Below the pieces are notes generated by a model. It was not told the DNA's origin. It did not search any database and worked only from the letters and a program-made list of their open reading frames with translations. The translations under genes and the position numbers were made by a program. This document shows positions 20,129 through 30,985 of a DNA stretch of 64,000 nucleotides, in pieces. This DNA comes from Vulcanimicrobiota bacterium. Lineage in GTDB: Bacteria; Vulcanimicrobiota; Vulcanimicrobiia; Vulcanimicrobiales; Vulcanimicrobiaceae. The DNA is taken from NCBI GenBank assembly GCA_963786105.1, contig CAWAXX010000024.1, forward strand, positions 32,001 through 96,000, written 5' to 3'. The number at the start of each line of letters is the position of its first letter. The stretch's first letter is position 1.

Positions 20129-21479
20129 CTATTGGTCGTCCGGGGGAACCAAAGAGGCCCGTTTATGGAGGAAGAATGGCGGCGGGTACTTGGCTGGAAT
20201 GTGTTTGAACTCCCGGGGCTGCTGGCTGAAGTCGAAACTATCGTTCAACGGATTAGCTCGATCGTCGCTGTGCCCAAGCGAGGGAAGATTGAAAACTTCC
20301 TCCATGAACTTCAGAGTACTGGCGGACTCGTACTGTGTGTGCGAAACATAGCCTGATTTCGCGTACGGCGAAATAATGATGCATGGCACTCTTATTGCCA
20401 GGCCCTCGAAATCTAATTGCGGGGGCGGCACATCGTCATACCAGCCGCCCCAATCGTCCCACAGGACCACGATCGCCGTGGATTTCCAGTATTGGCTCTT
20501 ACCAATGGCGTTGACGACGGCAGCTACCCATGATGGCCCGGTATCGCTCTTGTTATTTGGATGGTCTGAATCTTTCCAATCTGGCATTACCCAGGAAACC
20601 GAAGCAAGATTCCCCTTCGCAGCGTCGTCGAGCACCGTCGTTTGCGGATAAATGACATTGCGTGACCAGTCCGGTCCGTATCTAACATCATTGATCGCAT
20701 CGAACTCTGACCATATTAACCCAGGGTCGCATCGCTTTGGACATCCGAGGACCTGTGGGGCGTAGTACTTCCAGGAAACCCCGGCGGCGTCGAGCGTATC
20801 CGCCATGGTCGTGAATTGCGTAAAACACGGGAAGGGTCCATCTGGACTAAATTTACGGTGTGAATCCACTGTTTTGGTCTTGGTGCCGCTAGGCGCATCG
20901 CACCCCCAAGGTGTGGCGGAAGGGTTGTCGGCCTCGGCAAGCGTCGGGCTAAGTTTATCAGTGCCGGCGATCAGATTCAGATGTGCTGAAAAACTGCCGC
21001 CGAACTCCGTAGGAAACATGTGATCGGCAAGAACGTATTGGCGTGCCATGATCCAGTAAGGCGCAACGTCTTTCCTGTCCAAATACGAATACGCGTATGT
21101 TGGAGCGGACGGACTACCTAGATCAAAGCCGTCCATCTTTCCATTGTCGTAGTCGATCAGAGCCGGTTTGTAGCCGTGTTGTAAATCGCCACCGCCGAAC
21201 GTTATGCTTTTAAGACGGACGCGTGTGCCGTCATGAGTGTATCCGTATGTTGGAGCATCTGCTCCATTGAAGCCAGCGAAAATATTGTCGAAACTTCGAT
21301 TTTCCTGAACGATGATGACAATGTGCTTGAGTTTGCTCCTAGGGCCGGCTGGAGTTCCGTTGGTCAGCCTCCGTGCGCGCGGGTAACATGCGGGCTCAAC
21401 GCTGAACCAAGAGACGAGCACCCTTCGGGCGCAATAATGAGAGTAAAGCAAACTGCGATCGCAAGAATCTGGGAACCAT
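20129..21479 (-). CDS. Exported phosphoesterase / phospholipase C, copy 3 (N-terminal frameshifts)
   Basis: Motifs HIVIIVQENRSFD, GGSFSAH and [10 protein letters not shown]. The signal peptide ILAIAVCFTLII..GCSS lies in another frame after GGAGG. Confidence 0.9.
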
Positions 21480-21524
21480 CTTCAACACCTCCGCGTGCAC
21501 GCTGCAAAGATCTAAGAGAGCTTC

Positions 21525-22646
21525 TTAGTCAACCGAAACGGAATACAACCTGATGTTTCGTTCGCCTGTTAGTTTGCGAGCTTGCAGCAGTGCATCGCGA
21601 AAGAGAGAGCGGTCCTCTTCCGTTTTCATCAAGTTCTCTTCCCTATAGTAATCGAAATAGGAGCGCCACTGCTCGCGCGTTGGCGCGTTCAGTCGAGATA
21701 TATACATTGACGCAAACTTGAGTTCGGCGGCACGCTCAATGACGGCGGGTAGTTCTCCAATATTCGACCTGCTTGCAACGAAATACCAGCCTATTAAGGG
21801 GAGTTCGGAGCCGGCTTCAGACTTCGCCTGGTTCAGACCGTTCAGATTACTCATCAATCTTTCAAGGGTGCCGTTCTTGTGCAACTTTTTATATAAGTCG
21901 CTATCAATGCTGTCGATTGAAAACATGATTTGATCAACGCCTAATTCGACCAAAGCCTTACTCTTCTGTTGGGTCAGTAGTTGCCCTGTCGTGTTGAACG
22001 TGAATCTGCATTTATTCTCTTTAATGATTTTTGCAAAGGTCATAAAGTTCTTGTTGAGCATCGATTCGCCGTTCTCATGCCCGACGACCAGCATAGCGGT
22101 GCGCAGGAGCGGAATGATTGTTTCAAACGTTTCCATTGACATGTGGCCCAGCTGATACTGCATATTGCTGTGATAGACAAAGCATTTGGTACAGCGCATG
22201 TGGCATTCGGAGCTCAAGTCTAAAACTAATGCGACGGGCTTACTCCCAAGTGTTTCTTTTCTTTTTTCGTATTCCCCAAGCGCGTAATAATAATTATCGA
22301 TCTTGTCAACCTCGAAAGCTTCAAGACCATCGGCGAGCGGGGTTAAGTGATCTATGATTCGCGTTCGGTCGTTGTGGCACGCGGTGCAGGCGACACCGAG
22401 GTTCTCTTCGCTGCGGACCTGTGATCGAACCGCGGCGAACGATGGGCCGTTCCAGAACGTTTCCAGATCCACACCCTCGATAGGGCCAAGATTTTGAGGC
22501 CCTCGAATACAGGGTCTCGTAAGTTTCCCGTCCCATTGGATGTAAAGAGTGCTCCAAGGTTGGCTGCAAAAAGGCAGTGCGCGCTCACCTTCCACGTTCG
22601 CCTCCAGATCTAATGGATGGGGCAATAAAAGTGATCGTAAACACAT
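21525..22646 (-). CDS. Radical SAM protein with N-terminal SPASM-like domain
   Basis: CSQPWSTLYIQWDG..RPC...CTAC precedes CHMRCTKC (CxxxCxxC), GESMLN and FSIDS. Visibly AT-richer than the flanks. Start uncertain. Confidence 0.85.
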   Translation of the reverse strand: MCLRSLLLPHPLDLEANVEGERALPFCSQPWSTLYIQWDGKLTRPCIRGPQNLGPIEGVDLETFWNGPSFAAVRSQVRSEENLGVACTACHNDRTRIIDHLTPLADGLEAFEVDKIDNYYYALGEYEKRKETLGSKPVALVLDLSSECHMRCTKCFVYHSNMQYQLGHMSMETFETIIPLLRTAMLVVGHENGESMLNKNFMTFAKIIKENKCRFTFNTTGQLLTQQKSKALVELGVDQIMFSIDSIDSDLYKKLHKNGTLERLMSNLNGLNQAKSEAGSELPLIGWYFVASRSNIGELPAVIERAAELKFASMYISRLNAPTREQWRSYFDYYREENLMKTEEDRSLFRDALLQARKLTGERNIRLYSVSVD

Positions 22647-23317
22647 CCGGGGCGTTACGGAGACCTCCGGTCAGCCGATCCAAGGGCGCTTTCCGAACGC
22701 GCGAAAGAAGCCGGCCAAACGTTCGGGGCTCCTCGAAGTCGCGCTGCCCAAGGGCATCGAGCTCAAGCCTCTGAGGATCCGACCATTGATCTGGTGGCGC
22801 AGCAAATGGCTGTGATCGCAGCACGTGCATGGCTCGCGACGAGCGCGGTGCCTAGACGAACCCTGCGGCAAGATGTCGTCGAAGTCGCGTGCGGATCACA
22901 CGCCGGCTTATGCTGGAGAAATCTGGACGCGCGTATCGTCGATCTACCCGCGCACAACTGCTTTGCGCTCGATCGGCCTCCGCGCGCGGAGATCTACATT
23001 CCGACGCCGCTGGCGTGCCTCAACTCACCCCATCCCACAATTGCCGGCGGCTTAACAAATGGGCTCAAACCCGAATGAGCGGCGTGATGAATCGTGACGG
23101 TCACTATAGACGTTCCCAGGCCAGCTTTGGCTTCTGAACGGTCGATTCTGGTTTGCCCAGAATGGGTGGCCAAAAGAGTGTTTTCGCCATCCCGCGCACT
23201 GCAGGGAACAATGCTGGGGGCAAGGTGGAAAATGCTCGCCGATCAATTTGGGAGACGAGCTCACCGCGCATCTGGAACAAAGCCGGGAAACAGACCGCTT
23301 GTAAAAAAATCATAACA

Positions 23318-24117
23318 ATGATGACAGTGATTGATCAACGCTCCCTAGACAAGATTCGACGGCTGGCTATCATCAGCAGCGCCGAGGTACATCTTGACTG
23401 TGCTTTTGGTCGACATGCAGCGGAAAAGCGGCTTCATAACCGGCGTTTTAGAGTTGCGGAACGCTGCCAGGGAGTCTTCCGCGGAAGTATTACGCGCGTG
23501 TCGTCGGAGCGGGTGCGTCCAGGGCTGGTCAGTCCCGGTATTGGGCGTCGACGCCTTCATTGCCAGGATCGGAGAGAGGCTGACCGGCGTGGATCGAGAC
23601 CGCGCTGAGCGCCAAATCCACGACGCGATCTCTTCGGTCACCGGGGAACCCAGTCAGGCGACGCTGGATCGCGGCCTATACCAGGGACGTAAATTTTGGA
23701 GTCCTGGCCGACTTCGCGCCCGAAGGCTTTAGTTTTGTCAGCGTAGATGCCGGACACGACGCGGGTGATATCGTTACCGATATGGCAATCGCTAACCGCG
23801 TCCTATCTGCGAGGGGAATAGTGGCCGTTGATGATGTCTACAGTGAAGCCATTCCAGGCGTCGCAGAGGGATTCTTTAAATATTTTCATTGCGCCCCAGA
23901 AGCGGATCTGGTTCCTTTTGCTACAGGCGGCAACAAGGTATTCATGTGCCGGCGAAATCAGAGTGAATCTTACTTCAGATTTGCACTATCGGTAGCCGAA
24001 CGCGCCGAGCTCAGCTTTCCAGCGATAGCAGGAACAACGGCGCGACTGCGTGAGAATTCGGTGATCGGGTGGGCTCCGCGTCTGCTTAATGCCGAAGTCA
24101 TACCCTTTATAGCGTAA
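23318..24117 (+). CDS. Methyltransf_24-like SAM methyltransferase (frameshifted or pseudogene)
   Basis: IDGWLS, GVLEL, VLGVDAF, FVSVDAGH and GIVAVDD are distributed over three frames. Confidence 0.65.
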
Positions 24118-24334
24118 TCCATCGCCTTTGACTTCGAAAGGATCGTCGCCGCAGGAATGAATGCGCGACCAGAAAAGTGCGTCGCTTCAGGTGCCCCCGC
24201 CTGGACGGTAATAAACCTAGACGGAATAGCGCAGTCACCATTGCATGGTCTCGGGCGCTCGCGTGCTGCACATGGAGATTAGAGGGGATAACTGCCTTCC
24301 TTCCAAAGCCAAGTTAGCACGGGGAGGTACGGAC

Positions 24335-25694
24335 ATGTACGTCAAGCTATCGGGTTTTGCGATGTGCACTCTTCTAATCATCGCGTCCGGTGGATGCTCC
24401 TCGCCTGGCTCCGCGACAGGTCCAGTCGCGGACAGCGTAAAGCGCGCAAAGCTCTTCGATAATATTCATGTCGCGTCAAGTAGCAAGATCCAGCACATTG
24501 TCATCATCGTCCAGGAGAACCGCAGCTTCGACAACATCTTCGCTGGGTTTGCGGGGGCCGATGCACCAACATACGGGTACGAGCACGATGGAACGCAGGT
24601 ACCCCTAAGCGCAGTAAGTTTCAAGGGTCCCGATTTAGAACACAGCTACAAAGCGGCAATCGTCGATTGGGCCAGTGGACAAATGAATGGATTCGACCTG
24701 AGCAGCCCAAGCTCACCAACCTATCCCTATTCCTTCGTGACTCGCTCGGACGTTAACCCGTATTGGTCCATGGCGAAGCAGTATGTTCTTGCCGATCGTA
24801 TGTTCCCGACAGAATTCGGAGGAAGTTTTGCTGCGCACTTAAATCTCATCGCCGGGACGGATAAGCTGAGCTCGACACTCGCTGAAGCCGATAACCCTAA
24901 CAATGCGCCTTGGGGCTGCGACGCTCCCAGCCGCACCACCACGACGACGGTTGACTCGAGTCGAAAAGTACACAATGACGGGCCGTTCCCGTGCTTTACG
25001 CAGTTCCAGACGATGGCAGACACGCTCGACGCGGCCGGTGTCACATGGAAGTACTATGCACCGCAAACCATCGACTGTCCGAAACGATGCGACGGCGGCG
25101 GACTAATTTGGTCGGAGTTCGATGCAATTAGCAACGTGCGAAACGGTCCAGATTGGCAGCGCGACGTAATCTATCCGCAAACGACGGTACTTGACGACGC
25201 TCAGAATGGTACCTTGGCGTCAGTTTCGTGGGTAATGCCAGACTGGAAAGACTCAGATCATACGGGAACAAACAGCGACTACCGGACCATCATGGGTGGC
25301 GGCGGTCGTCAATGCCGTTGGCAAATCTCAATACTGGAATTCAACTGCAATCATAGTGCTTTGGGACGACTGGGGCGGCTGGTACGACGATGCATCGCCG
25401 CCTCAGCTGGACTTTTTAGGATTGGCGATCCGGGTGCCGTGCATCATTATCTCGCCGTACGCCAAAGCGCACTATGTTTCTCACACACAGTACGAGTTTG
25501 GAAGCGTTCTGAAGTTCACGGAAGAAAGCTTCAATCTTGCGTCGCTCGGTTATACCGATGAGCGTGCAGTTAGCATCGCTGACAGCTTTAATTTTAAACA
25601 GAGGCCGCGCGCCTTCGTGCCTATTAAGTCGAAGTATCCTCCGCCACATTTCCTGCACGAACGCCCGTCGCTCAGGGCGCCCGATAACGAGTAA
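24335..25694 (+). CDS. Exported phosphoesterase / phospholipase C, copy 4 (frameshift near 25280)
   Basis: GGAGGT RBS, signal ending GGCSS, ENRSFD and GGSFAAH. C-terminus continues in ORF 25296-25694 ([10 protein letters not shown]). Confidence 0.9.
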
Positions 25695-25753
25695 AGTCTA
25701 CCGGAAACGGCTCGCGCGGCAGCCTGCGAGAGCTAGCCCGTCCGCGGACTCAC

Positions 25754-27124
25754 TCACGTATCGGGAGGGCGTGGGTCGAACGGTTCGTTCAAGAAATAGG
25801 CCTGTTTAAAGTAGGTGGGTATCGGCGAAAATGGGCGCGGAGATTGCGAAAAATCGAAACAATCCTTGAAGCCGTTCGCGCGCGAGTCGCTACTCGCGAG
25901 CGGGGCGAGCCCAAACCGATTTTCGATAAACTTTAGAATGCTGCCGAATTCATATTGTACGTGAGAAACATAGCTTTTCTTGGCAAAAGGTGAGATGACG
26001 ATTAACGGAACGCGCACACCGAGCCCGTCGTAATCGGCGAAGGGAGGTGGCACGTGGTCGTACCATCCCCCGTAGTCGTCCCACGTCACGAAGATCGCCG
26101 TAGAGTCCCAGTATTTGGATTGACCAATCGCGTTGACGAGCGATGCGACCCAGTGTGGCCCGTGAACGGAGCCGCACGTCCCGGCGTGATCGGAGTTCAG
26201 GCACGTTGGGGTCACCCAACTTACTGACGGCAAAGCCCCATTCTTAACATCGTCAAAAAATTTCGTTTGGGGACCTACAATATGCGTCTTCCAGTCGGGA
26301 CCAAAACGAATGTGTTGAACTGCCTGATAAGCGTCCCATCCATTGCCGCTACCCGTCAGAGTGGCCGTGTAGTATTTCCACGAAACGCTAGCCGCATCCA
26401 TTTCGTCGCCCAGTGTTGTGTAGTTGAAACATGGCCGGATGAATTTGCCGGAAAGCTGTCGCTTCTGGGTGAACGTCTCAATTGTATCGTACTTATTCCC
26501 ATCGCAACCCCAGACGTTCTTCGGGTAGTTCACGGTGGAGTCTGCTTGAGCAGCGATCAGGTATTGATGCGCAACAAAACTGCTAGCATCGATGTTAGAC
26601 GCAAACATTTCATCGGCCAAAACATATTGTTTTGCCATTGCGAAATACGGCTGCGTGTCGCCCTTCTGTACGTAGCTATACACTGGGTACTGATTTGGGC
26701 ACGGCGGCGCGCCGCTTTTCCCGCAGCCGTACCACTCCTTATCGAAGCCGTCCATCTTGCACTTCGAACCCGGAAGGCTCCCCTGCCCGTCACAGGCCTG
26801 TAAGAAACCATTCCAGGTGTGGGCCACATCCCACCGGCCCCCAAGCCCAATGGGTTGAAGCGTTACCTTTTTGCCCGTGGACGTGTAGCCGTACGATTGA
26901 GTATCGGCGCCGGGAAAACCCTGGAAAAGAGTGTCGAAGCTTCGATTTTCTTGAATGATGACGACGATATGTTTGATTTTGTAGAAAGGGTTGGCCGCTT
27001 GGCCAGCAGGTATTATTTCTGGCGGCATGCCCGGCATCCGGCCGAGCGAAGCGGGCTGCGCGCATGCCGAAACGGCTAAGGCGAGCAGAGCTATAAGGGA
27101 CGCCCGCCGATAGTTTTCTCGCAT
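25754..27124 (-). CDS. Exported phosphoesterase / phospholipase C, copy 5
   Basis: Lipobox AVSAC. Motifs [20 protein letters not shown] and [11 protein letters not shown]. Confidence 0.92.
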   Translation of the reverse strand: MRENYRRASLIALLALAVSACAQPASLGRMPGMPPEIIPAGQAANPFYKIKHIVVIIQENRSFDTLFQGFPGADTQSYGYTSTGKKVTLQPIGLGGRWDVAHTWNGFLQACDGQGSLPGSKCKMDGFDKEWYGCGKSGAPPCPNQYPVYSYVQKGDTQPYFAMAKQYVLADEMFASNIDASSFVAHQYLIAAQADSTVNYPKNVWGCDGNKYDTIETFTQKRQLSGKFIRPCFNYTTLGDEMDAASVSWKYYTATLTGSGNGWDAYQAVQHIRFGPDWKTHIVGPQTKFFDDVKNGALPSVSWVTPTCLNSDHAGTCGSVHGPHWVASLVNAIGQSKYWDSTAIFVTWDDYGGWYDHVPPPFADYDGLGVRVPLIVISPFAKKSYVSHVQYEFGSILKFIENRFGLAPLASSDSRANGFKDCFDFSQSPRPFSPIPTYFKQAYFLNEPFDPRPPDT

Positions 27125-27189
27125 GAACACACCCCCAAATCGCTGGTCCGCCGACGCTTCTAGGGTGCGGCGCGGCTTCCTTTCTCTCA

Positions 27190-27800
27190 TCGTCGATGCA
27201 ACTTGCTCACGATTGCTTTGAGGAGAGCCGACTTACGCACGAAAAGAAACGGGCAGGTCGCCGGATAGCCGGCGGAATCGCTCATGAACGAGATGGACAC
27301 CGCCGGCGTTACGTGGAGTACTACCAAGACTCGCGGGCCCCGGGCTGTGGCACGGCGTCGACGCGATCTACTCCATCTGGTCGAACCCCGCGAGATGTCT
27401 GCAAACGTCGTCACGCCGCCTTCGCAAGTGCTGACGGACGTCGCCAACGGAAATCTCGCCGACGTCGTCTGGGTGATGCCGACCGGAAGGCTTCCGACCA
27501 TGCTGGAAGCACCGATGGCTCCGGGCATCGTGGTCGGCTCGGTGGTCAATGCGATCGGAGGGAGCCAGTACTGGGGCAACACGGCGATTTTCATAACGTG
27601 GACGACTGGGCGGATGGTACGACCACGTTGCGCCGCCGATCTACAACTCGTTCGAGCTGAGTTTTCGCGTGCCGCTGATCGTCGTCTCGCCGTATACCAA
27701 GGCTGCCCACGTCTCACACGTGCAGCACGAGTTCGGCAGCATTTTGAAGTTTACCGAAGAGGTTCGGGGCCCTTGTCCCGTTTGCGCCCACGCTCGACCA
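27190..27800 (+). pseudogene. Decayed phosphoesterase fragment, copy 6
   Basis: MDTAGVTW, SQVLTDVANGNL, VNAIGGSQYWGNTAIFITW and [19 protein letters not shown] occur in shifting frames. No N-terminal half. Confidence 0.75.
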
Positions 27801-27813
27801 CTCACGGGCGGAT

Positions 27814-30514
27814 TCACATCCCGCGAAGTCGGTCGAACCAGCTCTTCAGCTTCCAATAGGAGCTCGACTTTACGGTTTCGATAAACATCGACATGCGGGC
27901 GTTATCGGTTTGCGTGGTCGCGCACAATAATTGAGTCTTCATGAGGCGCTCTTCAATTTCGGCGAGACTCTGCTGCAGCGCCGCATTCGATCGCTTCTCC
28001 TCGGTTAGCTTGTCTTCAAGCTGAGCCTCCTGCCGAGCCGCGCGAGTAACCTGATCCTCTAGTTGTGCCGCCGTACGTTGCAGAGCATCGGCGGCTTCAA
28101 CATCGCGCTGCTTTGCAAGTGCGTTGGCCTTTGCGAACTCTTCCTCATGTTCTTGCGAAATCCGACGTGCTTCTGTCAGGTCTATTTCTAGCCGTTTTGC
28201 ATACTCGCCGATCCGTGAGATTTCTTCCTGAAGGGCATGCTTTCTCAAATTGACATCGGCAATATCGTATTCGAGCTGTTTCGCTCGCCGAGATGCTTCC
28301 GCGTAGTCTGTTTCCAGTAGCTTTGCATGCGAACTTACGTCCGAGACTTCTTCCTGAAGTGTGCCTTCTCTCGTAGCGGCGTCGGCGAGATCCATTTCCA
28401 GTTGCTTCGCGTGCTCGCGAATGCTTGAAATCTCTTCTTGAAGTGCAAGTTCCCTTGCCGCGGCATCGCCAAGGTCGCTTTCGAGGTGCTTCTCACGTTC
28501 GCGAGCGTCTGAAAGCTCCTCTTGAAGCGCTTGCGCGTGCCTAAGAGTGGTTGATAGATCCACGTCCAGGCGTTTTGCCCGATCGTCGCTGGCGGATGCC
28601 TGCTCGCTGACGCGCGAAAGTTGTTCTTCGAGAGCTCGATGCGCCTCGGTAGACCGAGCGAGGTAATCTTCGAGCCGTCTGGTTTGTTGAACCAGCTGTG
28701 AAACCTGGGTCTCCAGGAATTCCACCTGCTTTTCCGACGTGACCGCTCTCACCATAACGATGGGAAGTTCGGCGGCCTGAGATTCGAGCGTAGCGATCTG
28801 GGTCGACTGGGATTCGGTTCGCTCTTTGGCAGCGTTAAGCTCGGCACGCGTAAAATCGAGCGTTTCACGTAAGACGGTAACGGTTCGATCCGCGTCGCGC
28901 TGTCTGATCGCGAATTCGTCGTTCGCCCGGTAGAGCGCCCTCTTGGCTTCGTGCAGCTCCGCCTGCGCTTCGTCGAATCGCGACTGCACGCCGGTCCGAG
29001 CTGCGTCCAACTCGGTAATGCGAGCGTACATTACGGCGGCATTCGATTTGAGGTCCGCGATCGCGGCGTTACTTTGTGCCAATGAACTCCGCGCGTTAAG
29101 GAATAGCAGCCTCGTCAGAGCTTCGCTTGCTTGGAGGTTGGCGATGTTGCCGGCGCGTTGTTCCAAGACGACGCAGGCGTCCTCGAGCTGCGCTTGCAAG
29201 ATCGATCGCGCCAGCTCGAGTTTGGTTATCACGGCCGACCGCCGCCCCAGCACTGCGTGCGCGGCTTCAAGTTGGAGCCGAGTCGCTTCCTGTGCGGTCG
29301 CGACCTCGCCGAGTGCGGACTGTATTTTCGCGACGTGCACGGCGCGCCGCTCGAGCTGAGCGCGCGCCGAATCGAGCTTTGTCTGCGTGCTTTCTAGCTC
29401 TTTTGCTCGGCCGCTCAGGGTGCTCCGGAGCTCGTCGTTTTCGCGTTGTGTTGCGTCGCTCGCTTCCTCGAGCTGGGTGATGCGCGCAACCATGTCGCCG
29501 CGTCGCGCCTCGAGTTCCTCGACCAGCGCGGTTCGTTCGTCTAGGATGACCTGGAGCTCGCCTTCGCGTGCCTGGGCAGCCCGCTCGATTTCCTCGAGTT
29601 GCGTAATGCGGGCGACCATGTCACCCCGCCGCGCTTCGAGTTCGTCGATTCGTTGTCGCAGGCCGTCCGCCTCGATCTGCGCGCGCGCAGCGGTGGCGGC
29701 ATTCTGTGCGGCCTGCCGGCGCGTGCCCTCGAGTTCCGCCAGTAAGCCGGCGTGTTGTTCGTCGGTAACGGTTGCGTCTCGAGAGCCCGTTTCAGCTGAC
29801 TCGGCCGCCTCGAGTTCGGCGATCCGTGCCGACATCGCGACGACGCGTGACTTCAAATCGGCGAGCCTATTCTCGGCGGCAAGTTTTCCTGCATTGGCTT
29901 CTAGCAGTGAATGGTCGAGCATGGTGTCTTCTCCTCCGATGAGTGCTAGGCGCGCGTCGTCCTTCATGGGGACGGCCTTGACGACGAATTGGAGCGTTTG
30001 CGAATCCGTATCAGCCTCAACTTCACCCAGCGTGGCATGCGTGACGCGCTCGACCGCCTCGATCTGGTAGCCTGCGCGCAGGAAGAGCACGTAGGCGTCC
30101 TCGAGCGAGACTTCGGCGCTTGGTAGCCAACCCACCGTGCATCCGCCGGGTCGAAGCAACTCGCGGGAATTTCCGAGAACGCGCCAGGGCTCGCGCAGCG
30201 ATGAATGCGTCGCGTCGAAAACGACGGCGTCGAAATGCTAGATCCGGAAGCAGCTCGGTCAAAGAGATCTCGTCGAGATCGGCGATCGCGACGGTCGAGG
30301 AGTGCACGCGGGCTTCGTCGCCATTCGTGCCGGAAGGCAAGGCAAAGGCGAGCGTGCATCCGCGAGCCTCTAATAGCTGGGGCAGCGACGATGCCGTGCC
30401 GCCGACGAATAGTATGTGCTCGGCCTCGCCCAGCAAGCGAGCTGTTCTCATGGCGGCGGAGTTCGACTCGCCGCCAACGGCGGCGTTCTCAGCTATGGCC
30501 CTGAGGATCGCCAT
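27814..30514 (-). CDS. Degenerate methyltransferase-like domain plus very long coiled coil (frameshifts near 30150-30240)
   Basis: Paralogous to 7685-10276 (IADLDEISLTELL, AGYQIEAVERVT, SQTLQFVVKA). About 700 aa of heptads. C-terminal SSSYWKLKSWF. Confidence 0.8.
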
Positions 30515-30523
30515 CCGCCGCTC

Positions 30524-30985
30524 CTAGGATTTACAACGGCCGGTAAATTTTTTGCCCGCCATGACTTGGTCGTCAGTGGCGACATCGATGACGTTCTCGT
30601 CGGTTGAAGTTAGCAAACAGGCGGTTCCGTTGCTGACTTTCATAATGAAATCATCGCCGTGCCGGTGATAGTAGCCGTCGGGCCAAGGACACGCCGGAGC
30701 GAACGGCTTGCCGTTCAAGAAGTCCACCGAATCGCTGACGACGTGAACGCTCTTATGGGTTGCGCCTAAGGCCTTGAGATGCGCTTCGGAGAGAACGGCG
30801 CAGATCTTTCCGTCGAGTACGCGGTAGACGGTCGGGTGATCCACGTTGCGATAGAAGCCGGATTCCAGCTGCGAACCGGATGTAACATCGGTAGCATCGG
30901 GGACGGCCGCAACTCCGCCGCCGGTTGCTATACCCGCGAATGCCAACGCTAATGCGGACGAGCATAAGCGGGCGGATCTATTCAT
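30524..30985 (-). CDS. Small secreted Cys-containing protein with an internal duplication
   Basis: Signal peptide and two modules, G[FY]Y.......[VI]..V.[DN]G..C.[VL]...GK.F...C. Start overlaps the stop of phosphoesterase copy 7. Confidence 0.6.
   Translation of the reverse strand: MNRSARLCSSALALAFAGIATGGGVAAVPDATDVTSGSQLESGFYRNVDHPTVYRVLDGKICAVLSEAHLKALGATHKSVHVVSDSVDFLNGKPFAPACPWPDGYYHRHGDDFIMKVSNGTACLLTSTDENVIDVATDDQVMAGKKFTGRCKS

Noticed and set aside
22650..23310. Short ORFs between the radical SAM and Methyltransf_24 genes
   Set aside because: No recognisable motifs in any frame. Possibly a decayed gene, but it cannot be supported.
25700..25750. Possible bidirectional terminator between convergent phosphoesterase copies 4 and 5
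   Set aside because: The stem is imperfect and there is no U-tract.
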